Assembly (NCBI GenBank): GCA_030656555.1
Contig: JAUSPN010000049.1
Location: forward strand, 36,625-100,624
Source of the DNA: Candidatus Desulfaltia sp.
GTDB lineage: Bacteria > Desulfobacterota > Desulfobacteria > Desulfobacterales > ETH-SRB1
Reading direction: 5' to 3'
DNA length: 64,000 bases
Shown here: in pieces, positions 10,683 through 20,603 of the stretch
Position numbering within the stretch: the stretch's first letter is position 1
How the letters are laid out: each line of letters starts with the position of its first letter
Program-made: the position numbers and the translations under genes
Notes under the pieces: generated by a model
What the model was told of the DNA's origin: nothing
Database searches by the model: none
The model's input: the letters and a program-made list of their open reading frames with translations, nothing else

Positions 10683-11506
10683 CCTCTGTAAGCAATTACA
10701 ATTTACTGAAACAAAAAGTAGCCGAAACTGTATGTGAATCAGATAGATGCTTGACCGAATTGGACATAGAAAAGGAATTAGCAAAGAGATCTCTTTATCC
10801 CAAAAAACAGATAAAACAGGCAATCAAGGCTTTGGTTGCAGAACAGACCCTTACATATACTTATAAATATGGTCACACCTTCCTGGAAAAATCCTTTAAT
10901 AAACCGGTGCGAATATCAAAACGGGTTGTCATTAAGCCGCCGGGCATTACATACAGGCCTGAAACCGGCGATCTGGTAATCGAGTTGCTGCAGGGAGTGT
11001 CTTTTGGTAATGGAGAACATCCAACTACAAGGCTGGCAATTAGAGGTATCGAGTACGCATTATCTTCAGACAGATTTTTAAGAGAAGAGCAAAACACATT
11101 TGCCCTTGATATTGGAACAGGCTCAGGGGTTCTTGCAATTACGGCAGTCCTGTTTGGCATAAACCGGGCAATCGGAATTGATATTGATCCTGTTGCAAGA
11201 TCGGAAGCTAAAAAAAACATTTCACTTAACAAATTGTCCGGCAAAATTAGCATAAACAACCGGTCTCTGGATGATATCAACCGGCAATTTTTACTTATAA
11301 CTGCGAACCTGCGTTCTCCTTCCCTGAAAAAGTTATATTCCAGTCTAAACCATATTACAAAGCATAAGGCAGTCGTTATAATTTCAGGCCTTAAAATATC
11401 TGAAATGATAGATGTGCAAAAACTCTATACGCAGAAATTGTTTAAATTAGAAAGAAAAGAGGTAGAAAAAGGTTGGGGCGCAATGGTGTTTAAAAAAACA
11501 GATTAA
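10679..11506 (+). CDS. prmA: PrmA-like (ribosomal protein L11) methyltransferase with atypical N-terminus
   Basis: SFGNGEHPTT, LDIGTGSGVLAI, GIDID, ITANL, IISG motifs. Confidence 0.75.
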   Translation: MTSVSNYNLLKQKVAETVCESDRCLTELDIEKELAKRSLYPKKQIKQAIKALVAEQTLTYTYKYGHTFLEKSFNKPVRISKRVVIKPPGITYRPETGDLVIELLQGVSFGNGEHPTTRLAIRGIEYALSSDRFLREEQNTFALDIGTGSGVLAITAVLFGINRAIGIDIDPVARSEAKKNISLNKLSGKISINNRSLDDINRQFLLITANLRSPSLKKLYSSLNHITKHKAVVIISGLKISEMIDVQKLYTQKLFKLERKEVEKGWGAMVFKKTD

Positions 11507-11529
11507 AGAGATCTATCAAACCTATATAG

Positions 11530-11565
11530 CGAGGCCCTTGAAAAGAATTCTTTTCAAGGGCCTCG
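11530..11565. terminator. Perfect 36-bp palindrome between convergent genes, probable bidirectional terminator
   Basis: CGAGGCCCTTGAAAAGAA|TTCTTTTCAAGGGCCTCG. Confidence 0.7.
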
Positions 11566-11593
11566 AGATGATGTATCGCTGTTTGCTTTTAAA

Positions 11594-12112
11594 TTATGAA
11601 AGATCGGGATTAGCAGGCAAAGTAAAAACCTTTCCACAAACCTTCCACGCTTTGTCTTCTTTTATAACCGGAATTGTTGCTTCAATCTTATGGGTTCCAC
11701 CTAGCTGAAATATTTTTCCGACTGTTGCAAAGAGCGGGTTTATGCTTTTCCTTATTTCACAGGTTAACACGACTTCGGCTTTTCCATCTCCCAGGGGGAT
11801 TGTATGGGTTTTAACATAGTACATCTTGTTTTTCATATATTTTAACTCGAAACCCATTTGCCTGGCTTCGTTGGCTGACCGCTGAATATATTCGTCTATA
11901 ATATTAACTTCATCTATTGTTTTTTGTGCGTTGCAGAGACGTTCGTTCATTATTGCTTTATCAAGCAGAAAATATGCTTTGGAAAATTCAACAGCAGCTT
12001 TGTGCGGCGAATCTGTGTTGTCAGCATAAACAAAAAGCACCTGCAATATGAATCCTATTATTACAACTGCTGCTACCATAGGTATTATTGAGCGATTGTT
12101 GTCTTGCGCCAT
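11594..12112 (-). CDS. Hypothetical membrane-anchored protein
   Basis: 172 aa, N-terminal TM helix, AGGAGG RBS. Confidence 0.75.
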   Translation of the reverse strand: MAQDNNRSIIPMVAAVVIIGFILQVLFVYADNTDSPHKAAVEFSKAYFLLDKAIMNERLCNAQKTIDEVNIIDEYIQRSANEARQMGFELKYMKNKMYYVKTHTIPLGDGKAEVVLTCEIRKSINPLFATVGKIFQLGGTHKIEATIPVIKEDKAWKVCGKVFTLPANPDLS

Positions 12113-12271
12113 TTTATTCTTCCTCCTTTTAAAACGTCATCTAAAACCTGACAAACTTGTCCTGTAATGATCCAAATTCATAAGTTAAGATCCATACCAC
12201 CTTTTATGTTTTATTACAAGATATTTTCAGGTTCATTGTAGAATCACTTTTTTGTTTTTTCCAGTTCATCA

Positions 12272-12300
12272 TTGACAAACATAATTGGGGTGACTAAATT
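12272..12300 (+). promoter_or_regulatory. Putative sigma70 promoter of the HesB-like gene
   Basis: TTGACA-17 bp-TAAATT. Confidence 0.5.
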
Positions 12301-12351
12301 ATAATTTAGTTCGTTAACAAATTTTGATATCATGTTATTAAGGAGGAAGTT

Positions 12352-12666
12352 ATGGTTGAAATTACAAACGCAGCAACAACGCAGATTGCTGAATATTTTA
12401 AAGGCAGAGATGTATCGCCGATTCGGATTTTTTTAAACGAAGGAGGATGAGGCGGCCCTTCCCTCGCAATGGCTCTGGATGAGCTAAAAGACAATGATAG
12501 TATATATGAGGTTGACGGATTTAAATATATTGTCGATAAAGTGTTTATGGATAAATCAAAACCGATTAAAGTAGATTTTAATCAGTTTGGGTTTAAAATA
12601 ACATCGGGCATAGATTTAGGGGCTACTGGATGTTCCAGTTGTGGCACTACCGGTTCATGTTGCTGA
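12352..12666 (+). CDS. IscA/HesB-like selenoprotein (UGA at codon 33 read as Sec)
   Basis: AGGAGG RBS, ATG 12352; MVEITNAATTQIAEYFKGRDVSPIRIFLNEGG-U-GGPSLAMALDE...CSSCGTTGSCC; TGA 12448-12450 at the GGCGG Cys position; downstream hairpin TGGCTC-TGGAT-GAGCTA. Confidence 0.88.
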
Positions 12667-12684
12667 TGATAAAAAATATGTTTG

Positions 12685-12720
12685 AAAAAAGGGCATCACC
12701 ACACGGTGATGCCCTTTTTT
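12685..12720 (+). terminator. Rho-independent terminator
   Basis: AAAAAAGGGCATCACC-ACAC-GGTGATGCCCTTTTTT. Confidence 0.85.
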
Positions 12721-12760
12721 ATTGTCCATTGAAAACTGATTATGATAAAAATTTGAAGTT

Positions 12761-13756
12761 ATGGATCCCATAACACACATAACCGCAGGTCTTTTAGGCT
12801 CCCAGGTTGTACACAAACCCCTTAACAAGCGCTTTACAATATTGTTTTGCATTATTGCGGCATGGCTGCCTGATATAGACAATCTGGTTACATTTTTCGG
12901 ACCGGAACTGTATCTGATCCATCATCGGGGGATAACCCATTCCTTTGCAGGCGGCCTTATCCTTTCGATCCTGCTGGTTGCCGTCTTCAGGCTCTTTATA
13001 AGATATTTTCCAATAATCAAAGGATTAATTATATCCTTATTCATGTTCCTGCTTCATATATATCTCGATCTTGTAACATCATACGGCACCCAGATATTTT
13101 ATCCTTTTAATAATACCAGATACTCCTTAGACGCAGTTTTTATCGTGGATCTGTTTTACACAGTTTCAATAGCAGGTATCTGCTTTTTTTCTTTTTGGAG
13201 CAAAAAACATAAACAAAGGATTATCATGCTGGGACTTGCCTGGCTATTTCTATATCCAGTTATATGCCTTGGCATAAAACAGGCGGCTTTATATCGTGTT
13301 GAAAACGAACTTCAAAGAAACAGGATTTCATTTGAAAAGGTGCATATTTCACCGGAGTTCTTTACACCTTTGTTCTGGAAGGTTATTGTTGAAAACAGGA
13401 AAACCTATAAGATAGCCGGCTTTAACATTTTCAATGCCAGCGGCACAAAAAGTTTTATTAAATTTGATAAAGCCGAACCACACATGTTTAATAGGTTTGG
13501 GGAATGCGCATCTATTTTTAATACATACGCCTGGTTTGCAAGCTATCCTGTAATGAAAACCGCAAAGTCAGGTCAAAGCCAATTAATTACATTTGGTGAT
13601 TTAAGGTTTTACAGCACTATAGGTTTTGTCAGGGAATTATTAAAAAACAATGAGCCACCCTTTTCATTGACCGCAAGGGTGAATGAAAGTCGCAAAGTGA
13701 TGGAATATTATTACCATAAACCCGGTGGGACCAAAGTAATACAGCACCTGGAATAA
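12761..13756 (+). CDS. Membrane-bound metal-dependent hydrolase (YdjM-like)
   Basis: MDPITH, LPDID, HRGITHS, HIYLDLVTSYGT motifs; TM helices. Confidence 0.87.
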   Translation: MDPITHITAGLLGSQVVHKPLNKRFTILFCIIAAWLPDIDNLVTFFGPELYLIHHRGITHSFAGGLILSILLVAVFRLFIRYFPIIKGLIISLFMFLLHIYLDLVTSYGTQIFYPFNNTRYSLDAVFIVDLFYTVSIAGICFFSFWSKKHKQRIIMLGLAWLFLYPVICLGIKQAALYRVENELQRNRISFEKVHISPEFFTPLFWKVIVENRKTYKIAGFNIFNASGTKSFIKFDKAEPHMFNRFGECASIFNTYAWFASYPVMKTAKSGQSQLITFGDLRFYSTIGFVRELLKNNEPPFSLTARVNESRKVMEYYYHKPGGTKVIQHLE

Positions 13757-13912
13757 TAAACATAAAGCAGGTGCTGTTCCAAGTAAAATTAACCTTAATC
13801 ATACTTGAAGCTTATTAGGTAAAAGTTATTTTTGGTTACAGCGTCTCGAAACGGCATAATTTAGATTTTTTCGAATTCATCAAGTAGTAAGTTTGATTGT
13901 GGGGGGATTATT

Positions 13913-14455
13913 ATGACGGATCTTATGGAGGTCATAAAGGAAAGAAGAAGCATTCGCAAGTACGAGGAAAAAGATATCTCTGAAGAGCTTGTAAACAGGG
14001 TTCTTGATGCTGTCAGGTGGACGCCGTCGTGGGTCAATACACAGAACTGGGAGATTGTCGTTGTAAAAGACAGGACAATAAAGGAAAGGCTCCAGTCCAC
14101 GCTTCCCAAGGGAAATCCTGCCGCAAAGTCCTTTGTGACGGCACCGGTGGTTCTTGCCGTTTGCGGCAGGCTTGGCAAGTCAGGATATTATAAAGACAAA
14201 GTTTCAACAAAATTCGGAGACTGGTATATGTTTGATCTTGGGCTTGCCACACAGAATCTTTGTCTTATGGCCCATCATCTTGGCCTTGGAACAGTGATAG
14301 TCGGCCTGTTTGATCATGACAGGGCCAAAGAAATATTAAATGTACCGGCAGGCTATGAACTGGTTGTCCTTATACCGATGGGATATCCAGCCATAACGCC
14401 ATTGGCTCCAAAACGAAAGGAGATAAAAGAGTTTACGCATTATAATATGTTTTGA
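13913..14455 (+). CDS. Nitroreductase family protein
   Basis: RRSIRKY, TPSWVNTQNW, LMAHHLGLGT. Confidence 0.9.
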   Translation: MTDLMEVIKERRSIRKYEEKDISEELVNRVLDAVRWTPSWVNTQNWEIVVVKDRTIKERLQSTLPKGNPAAKSFVTAPVVLAVCGRLGKSGYYKDKVSTKFGDWYMFDLGLATQNLCLMAHHLGLGTVIVGLFDHDRAKEILNVPAGYELVVLIPMGYPAITPLAPKRKEIKEFTHYNMF

Positions 14456-14459
14456 GTAT

Positions 14460-15110
14460 CTATTCAGCCGCCGATTTACGCTGATCAGTACTGATTTTTT
14501 TTGAGCACGGAATACATAGAAGATTACCGTTGTCAGCGCAGACCATTTTCGTTGACATCGTCATTTCTCCGCACGTGCTACAGGCTTCGGAACGCGCCAG
14601 GGGCGCATAGGGGGGCATTGAAAATTCCACTTTCTCCGTTGAGAAAACTTCGTCAAAGGGCCTTGAAAGAAGATCTTCCGACTTTAAATGTTTATGATGC
14701 CATCTTTCTCTAGTTGTTTCAGAGCCCTCGGAAATAGCGGCATCCAGTCTGGCAAACTCCTCTTTATCTTTGCCCTTGTATGTGTAATGTTGTTTTCGGG
14801 AAAAGCGATAAGCCGTCTTGCTTGCCCGGTTCAGAATCGTGTACGCGTTTTTACCGTAATCTTTTATAATAAGGTTGCCTTTGCCTGCTGTTGTGCCGAG
14901 GAGTACCTGGAACGGATCAACAGCACATGAATCGTTTTCGCAAACAGCTACCACCTCTTCATCTCTTGATCGTTTAAGGGTAAGAATTTTTATGGCTTGT
15001 CTGGCAACCAGATAACCGTAAACAAGGCCGGGACATTGGTGCCCGTGAAAGGCTATGCATTTTTTAAGATCTTCCGGTATAGTTGTTGAAATATTTTCTA
15101 TTTTTTCCAT
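14460..15110 (-). CDS. FmdE-family protein with C-terminal Zn finger
   Basis: FHGHQCPGLVYG, ENDSCAVD, GTTAGKGNL; CSTCGE...CIPC. Confidence 0.88.
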   Translation of the reverse strand: MEKIENISTTIPEDLKKCIAFHGHQCPGLVYGYLVARQAIKILTLKRSRDEEVVAVCENDSCAVDPFQVLLGTTAGKGNLIIKDYGKNAYTILNRASKTAYRFSRKQHYTYKGKDKEEFARLDAAISEGSETTRERWHHKHLKSEDLLSRPFDEVFSTEKVEFSMPPYAPLARSEACSTCGEMTMSTKMVCADNGNLLCIPCSKKISTDQRKSAAE

Positions 15111-15203
15111 TGTATGATTTTTCCTTAAAAATGTTTTACAGCGTGAATTACATTACCATATTAAAAAAACTGTCGATATCAACGTCAGCAGGTATTATGT
15201 TTT

Positions 15204-15944
15204 ATGTTAAGTGAAGTTACAAACACTATTTCTTCGTTATGGGTGATTTTTTCTTTTTCCTTTCTTGTGGCATTGACCGGAGCCATGGCCCCGGGTCCGC
15301 TGCTTACATATACTATCATCAAGTCTGTACAATCCGGCAGGCGAGGCTACCTGATGGGTTTATGGATTATAACAGGTCATGCCATACTTGAAATGGCAAT
15401 TATTATATTTCTGCTTTTTGGCTTCTCCTTTGTCCTGCAAAACACTATCGTTGTCAGAACCATAGGGGTCGCTGGAGGAGCTTTACTTGTCTATTTCGGA
15501 TTATCCATTATTCGAAATGTACACAGGGGCAATATCTCGACATCTTTTTTAAACCCAGTCAATAAAACAGATCACGAACCGCAAAAAAAAGCTTACTCCT
15601 CTGCAAAAGCCAACAAAGGTCTTGATAATCCAATAGTCGGCGGCCTGATAGTTTCCATGTCAAATCCCTACTGGTGGGTCTGGTGGGCCACCATAGGATT
15701 TGCCTTTATGATACAGTTTGACATTTCTTTCAGGCAGTGGCCAAAGCTGCTGGCATTTTTTGCGGGGCATGAAGCCGGAGATCTTATCTGCTACCTGTTT
15801 GTTTCGATTTTGTCCTGTTTCGGCCTGCGATATTTAAACAAAAAGATCTATTATGGAATTCTTGTATGCTGCGGAATTTTTATGGTCCTGTTCGGCATAT
15901 ACATGGGTATTTCCCCATTTTACCATCCCCAGGTAAGATATTGA
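15204..15944 (+). CDS. LysE family transporter
   Basis: GAMAPGPL, GHAILE, SNPYWWVWW; multiple TM helices. Confidence 0.85.
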   Translation: MLSEVTNTISSLWVIFSFSFLVALTGAMAPGPLLTYTIIKSVQSGRRGYLMGLWIITGHAILEMAIIIFLLFGFSFVLQNTIVVRTIGVAGGALLVYFGLSIIRNVHRGNISTSFLNPVNKTDHEPQKKAYSSAKANKGLDNPIVGGLIVSMSNPYWWVWWATIGFAFMIQFDISFRQWPKLLAFFAGHEAGDLICYLFVSILSCFGLRYLNKKIYYGILVCCGIFMVLFGIYMGISPFYHPQVRY

Positions 15945-17326
15945 TGCATTGAATCAGCGGCTTTTCTGCCGGCGCCCATTGCTAAAATTACCGTTGCCTG
16001 TCCGGTTACAATATCACCTCCGGCCCAAACCCCTTTTTTGCTGGTTTTACCGGTTTCCGGATCAGCTACAATATATCCCCACTTAGTTAACTTCAGCCCT
16101 TTGGTGGACTTTGTAAGCAGAGGATTGGCCCCTGAGCCCACAGCAATGACCGCCAGATCACAGTCCATTGTAACCTCGGAACCTTTTATGGGGACAGGTC
16201 TGCGCCGTCCTGAATCATCGGGTTCGCCTAATTCCATTTTGAGACATTCCATGCCGGTAAGATGTCCCTGCTCATTGCCTAAAAAACGCACAGGATTTGT
16301 AAGCAGAAGAAAATCAATACCTTCTTCCTCTGCATGGTGAGTTTCCGCCGCTCTTGCAGGCATCTCTGTTCTTGATCGGCGATAGACAATGCGGACGGTT
16401 TCTGCTCCAAGACGCATTGCTGTGCGGGCGGAATCCATTGCAACATTTCCTGCGCCAAACACAGCCACATTTTTCCCCCTGACAATCGGCGTGTCATATT
16501 CCGGGAAAAGATAGGCTTTCATAAGATTGGATCGTGTAAGATACTCGTTTGCCGAATATACTCCGGAAAGATTCATGCCCGGGATTTTGATAAATGTCGG
16601 CAGACCTGCTCCAACACCGATAAAAACAGCATTAAACCCGTCTTTTTCGAAGAGTTCGTCTATTGAGCGGATGTTGCCGATAACAGAATCAAGTTTGATC
16701 TCGACTCCCTGGTTTTTCAGGAAATCTATTTCCGCCTCAACGATGGCCTTTGGAAGACGAAATTCAGGAATTCCGTAAAAAAGAACGCCTCCCGGTTTGT
16801 GAAGAGCTTCAAATATGGTGACTTCATGTCCAAGCCTTATCAAATCCCCAGCAACGGTCAGGCCGGATGGTCCGCTGCCGATTACGGCAACTTTTTTGCC
16901 TGTAGGGGCGGGTTTTTCAGGTAGATCAACCAGATTATTAACACGCTCATAATCAGCACAAAATCGCTCCAGATTTCCTATTGCAACCGGTTCACCCTTT
17001 TTGGCTAAAATGCATTTACATTCGCACTGGATCTCCTGCGGACAAACACGACCCGTAACAGCAGGCAGGGCGTTTGTTTCTTTAACCATTCTGGCAGCCG
17101 CGGCAAATTCTTCCTTTGCAATAAGTGATATGAATCCCGGAATTTTCACCTGAACAGGACAACCCATCATACAGCCCGGTTTTTTGCAGTTAAGGCAGCG
17201 TTTTGCCTCTTTAACAGCCGTATCAGGAGAGTAACCATAAGGCACTTCTTCAAAATTTCTTGCTCTTAGTTCAGGCAGTTGCTCCGGCATGGGCTGGCGG
17301 GGACAGCTTTTTTTCTTTTTTTCCAT
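15920..17326 (-). CDS. gltA: NfnB/SudA-type flavoprotein (glutamate synthase small-subunit homolog), transhydrogenase large subunit
   Basis: RCLNCKKPGC..GCP, GRVCPQEIQCE..C, GSGPSG, GAGNVAMDSAR, GGDIVTGQATVILAMGAG; adjacent to nfnA, no gltB. Confidence 0.88.
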   Translation of the reverse strand: MEKKKKSCPRQPMPEQLPELRARNFEEVPYGYSPDTAVKEAKRCLNCKKPGCMMGCPVQVKIPGFISLIAKEEFAAAARMVKETNALPAVTGRVCPQEIQCECKCILAKKGEPVAIGNLERFCADYERVNNLVDLPEKPAPTGKKVAVIGSGPSGLTVAGDLIRLGHEVTIFEALHKPGGVLFYGIPEFRLPKAIVEAEIDFLKNQGVEIKLDSVIGNIRSIDELFEKDGFNAVFIGVGAGLPTFIKIPGMNLSGVYSANEYLTRSNLMKAYLFPEYDTPIVRGKNVAVFGAGNVAMDSARTAMRLGAETVRIVYRRSRTEMPARAAETHHAEEEGIDFLLLTNPVRFLGNEQGHLTGMECLKMELGEPDDSGRRRPVPIKGSEVTMDCDLAVIAVGSGANPLLTKSTKGLKLTKWGYIVADPETGKTSKKGVWAGGDIVTGQATVILAMGAGRKAADSMHQYLTWGW

Positions 17327-17377
17327 ATGGTTTCTCTTTTAATTTTTTCTTTAAATCAACAGCACTTCTGTTTTCTA

Positions 17378-18226
17378 TCAATTAGCAATGCAATTTAACC
17401 CTCTGGCCTGGTCGTAAAACTGATAAGCCATTGCTTCATTTTTCACATAAATCGACTTTCTTTTAAATATCTCTTCCCAGTCAACCTGATGTCCGTCAAA
17501 TTCAGGGCCGTCAACACAGGCAAATCTGGTTTCTCCCCCAACCGTCACGCGGCAGCATCCACACATGCCTGTGCCATCCACCATAATCGGATTTAAGGCA
17601 ACAAGGGTTTTGATGTTATATTGTCTTGTAATATTAGAACAGTTCATCATCATGAAAGTGCAGCCCACAAAATAGCTTCTGTCGAATGTTTCACCATTTT
17701 GCAGCAGTTTTGTGAGAATATCCGGGACCATACCCTTTGATCCCCTGGAACCATCGGCGGTACCGACAAGCACTTTATCAGAAACCTCTTTTAGTTGTTC
17801 TTCCAGATAGACGAGATAAGCGCTTCGAGCCTCTATGATTGTTGTAACTGTGTTGCCCGCTTTTTTCATAGCCCGTGCAATAGGATAGACAGCCCCGATA
17901 CCATAGCATCCTCCCCCGCAGACAACGGAGCCGAATTTGTCAATAAGGGTCGGCTTGCCAAGGGGCCCTGCAACGCTGTACAAGGCGCCGCCGCTCTTAA
18001 TGCGGGCCATCTTGGCGGTCGATATGCCCACTTCAAGGAAAAATATCGTTATTGTGCCTTTTTCAACATTCCAGTCCGATATGGTAAAAGGCACCCTTTC
18101 CCCTGTTTCATCCGGCATAATAAGGACGAACTGGCCCGGCCTTGCTTTTTCCGCAATAGCCGGCACCTCAATTTCTATAATATGTACGTTAGGTGCTATC
18201 TCATCTCTACGGACTACCTTGTACAT
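17378..18226 (-). CDS. NfnA/SudB-type FAD/NAD-binding 2Fe-2S subunit
   Basis: RPGQFV, GERVPFTI, GPLG, MVDGTGMCGCCRV..ACVDGPEF; start at MYKVV with GGAGG RBS. Confidence 0.88.
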   Translation of the reverse strand: MYKVVRRDEIAPNVHIIEIEVPAIAEKARPGQFVLIMPDETGERVPFTISDWNVEKGTITIFFLEVGISTAKMARIKSGGALYSVAGPLGKPTLIDKFGSVVCGGGCYGIGAVYPIARAMKKAGNTVTTIIEARSAYLVYLEEQLKEVSDKVLVGTADGSRGSKGMVPDILTKLLQNGETFDRSYFVGCTFMMMNCSNITRQYNIKTLVALNPIMVDGTGMCGCCRVTVGGETRFACVDGPEFDGHQVDWEEIFKRKSIYVKNEAMAYQFYDQARGLNCIAN

Positions 18227-20597
18227 CTTGTCCTCCAAAAATCTTGTCATGCAAAATCTTAAGGTCAAAGACCTTTTCGGTTAAATCAACGCCCCTGTAA
18301 TGCCAAAGCGGTTTTTTCTGCAACATACTTCTCTTTGACGGAGATGTTTTCTCAACAGATGTCAGTGTAAACTTTTTCTTTAATTTTAAATCCCGGATGC
18401 CATGTCCGGAAATCAAAGGATTAACCCTGCATATTTCATCAAACACTTCCGAAGCACTTGAAAACTCAAAGCCTTTAACATTCATCTTTTCAGCTATCTT
18501 ACAGATTATTTTCCAGTCAGGCATAGACATTCCAGCAGGGTTTGTTCCGGCTTGCAGGGTCTGGACTCTTTGTTCAAGAGAAGTAATGGTGCCGTCTTCT
18601 TCTGTAAAGGCAGCGGCAGGAAATACAATGTCGGCTGTTTCAAAAAGCGGCGAAGGATATATGTCATGAAGCACTAAAAAATCAAGCCGTTCAAGAGATA
18701 TTTCCCGCGGAATTTCTCCGCCGGTAACATACAGAGCCTTTATAGAACCTTCGACAGCAGCATTAAGGATGGCAGGATAATTTAATCCAGGTTTCTTCGG
18801 CAACTTGGCAGACCAGCTGTTTTCAAATGCGGACAAACTGCCTTTATCTGCAATATTCTGATAACCGGGAAGAAAATCAGGCAAGGCTCCCATATCAGCG
18901 ACCCCCTGGCTGTTTGCTCCATCCATAAGCGGAACAAAACCCGCAGGGCTGCCGGCAAGAAGAAGTATGTTAAAAAGCATGCCTATAATCTGCTTCGGGT
19001 CATCACATTCTAATGTTTTTGGTCCATACAGTATAGAACCCCTGCCTGATGAAAGTATAGTGGATGTCAGTTTTTCAATCAGATTCTGAGAAATGCCGCA
19101 AGTACCGGCAATTATTTGAAGGTCAATTTTTTTGAGAGAGCTTTCCAATTTGTCAAAATCATCGCATTGACCGGTTACAAATTTGCTGTCAAAGCCTTCC
19201 TTTTCAACAATTGTTTTTAATATGCCGCAAAGCAGCGGGAAATAACCGGACGGCTCAACAGAAATACAGGAGTCAAACAGTCTGGAGTTAATATTTTGTT
19301 CAGAACCTATTAATGAAACAAAAGCTCCACGCTTTTTTGCCTGGTTAATCTTAACCGTCAGTACCGGATGTGAGGCAGCAATATCGCCGCCCACGACAAT
19401 TATCCATCCGGATTTTGCAATATCAATAATTGTTTCTGCGCCCATGTTTGAGTGCTTAATCCGGGATTGAATGACCGGGCCTGAAAAAAACGAAGATGTA
19501 TCAATATTGTTTGTTCCAACACAGACACGGGCAAATTTCTGTAGAAGATAGGCTGCTTCATTTGTAAGGAAAGGGGATGCTAAAAAGGCTGTTTCCTCTG
19601 GAATATATTTGCCGAGCTTTGCGGCCGCCAGTTCAGTTGCTTCATCCCATGTTGCAGGGACAAGCCTGCTGTTTCGTCTAATAAGGGGGTATTTCAGCCG
19701 GCTTGCCCCGTTAACAAGAGCGGGAATGGCAAATCGACCCCTGACACAAGCCTGTCCCTGATTGGCCGGCCCTTCTGCATCGGGACGGACAGCCATAATT
19801 TTGTCCCATTTTGTTTCCAGTTTTAAACTGCATCCAACAGAGCATAAGGCACATGTTGTAGTTGTCACTTTGTCAGGAATGCCATGCCATTTGCTTCCCC
19901 TGGCGGAAAGCGCGCCGGTTGGGCAGGCATCAACACAGGCTCCGCAGAACTGGCATCCGCCGTCAAGATGTGATTTGTTAAATGCCGTACCTACTTTTGT
20001 ATCATGTCCCCGCTTTGTTAAGGAAATAGCCCCAACCCCTCTTATCTCCTGGCAAACCCTTACGCATCGTCCGCAAAGAATGCAAAGATTATAATCACGA
20101 TCAAAAAAGGGATCTTCTCTTTCAAGGGGAAGGTTTTTGTATGTAAAAGGGAATCGAATTTCTTTGATTCCAAGATATTCCGTTGCCTGTTTGAGCTCAC
20201 ACCTGCCCTTGTTGGGACAAAAAGCACACCCTGTTACACGTCCACTTTTTGTGGGACATATATTATAATTGCCGCACAGATCTTTTTGATCGCAGATAAT
20301 ACATGAATTCGGATGTTCTGAAAGGATGAGTTCCAACACGTTTTTTCGTAACTCATTAAGTTCAAGATCGTTTGTGGTGATTTTCATTCCTTTGGCAGCA
20401 GGAGTTGTGCAGGCAGGGGGAAATCCCCGCATATTTTCTATTTTAACGAGACACAGCCGGCAAGCTCCAAAGGGCAGCAGACCGGAATAGGTGCATAAAG
20501 TAGGTATATAGATCCCGTTAGCCGCCGCAACTTCAAGAACCGTGGCTCCTTCTTTGAAGTCAACCTCTTTTCCATCGATAGTTAACATCGATATCAT
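18207..20597 (-). CDS. NuoG/FdhA-like Fe-S molybdopterin-oxidoreductase-fold subunit, apparently without the catalytic Cys/Sec
   Basis: IPTLC, GACRLC, HPNSCIIC, CILCGRCVRVC, CQFCGACVDACP, CALCSVGC..CVRG; NNIDTSSFFS where Fdh has NN(I/V)DxCARxC/U. Confidence 0.82.
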   Translation of the reverse strand: MISMLTIDGKEVDFKEGATVLEVAAANGIYIPTLCTYSGLLPFGACRLCLVKIENMRGFPPACTTPAAKGMKITTNDLELNELRKNVLELILSEHPNSCIICDQKDLCGNYNICPTKSGRVTGCAFCPNKGRCELKQATEYLGIKEIRFPFTYKNLPLEREDPFFDRDYNLCILCGRCVRVCQEIRGVGAISLTKRGHDTKVGTAFNKSHLDGGCQFCGACVDACPTGALSARGSKWHGIPDKVTTTTCALCSVGCSLKLETKWDKIMAVRPDAEGPANQGQACVRGRFAIPALVNGASRLKYPLIRRNSRLVPATWDEATELAAAKLGKYIPEETAFLASPFLTNEAAYLLQKFARVCVGTNNIDTSSFFSGPVIQSRIKHSNMGAETIIDIAKSGWIIVVGGDIAASHPVLTVKINQAKKRGAFVSLIGSEQNINSRLFDSCISVEPSGYFPLLCGILKTIVEKEGFDSKFVTGQCDDFDKLESSLKKIDLQIIAGTCGISQNLIEKLTSTILSSGRGSILYGPKTLECDDPKQIIGMLFNILLLAGSPAGFVPLMDGANSQGVADMGALPDFLPGYQNIADKGSLSAFENSWSAKLPKKPGLNYPAILNAAVEGSIKALYVTGGEIPREISLERLDFLVLHDIYPSPLFETADIVFPAAAFTEEDGTITSLEQRVQTLQAGTNPAGMSMPDWKIICKIAEKMNVKGFEFSSASEVFDEICRVNPLISGHGIRDLKLKKKFTLTSVEKTSPSKRSMLQKKPLWHYRGVDLTEKVFDLKILHDKIFGGQDVQGSP

Positions 20598-20603
20598 CCT
20601 TTT

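Noticed and set aside
15920-17326. True glutamate synthase
   Set aside because: No large subunit; pairing with an NfnA-like gene indicates a transhydrogenase.
18207-20597. Selenocysteine formate dehydrogenase or [FeFe]-hydrogenase
   Set aside because: No in-frame TGA, no catalytic Cys and no H-cluster motifs.
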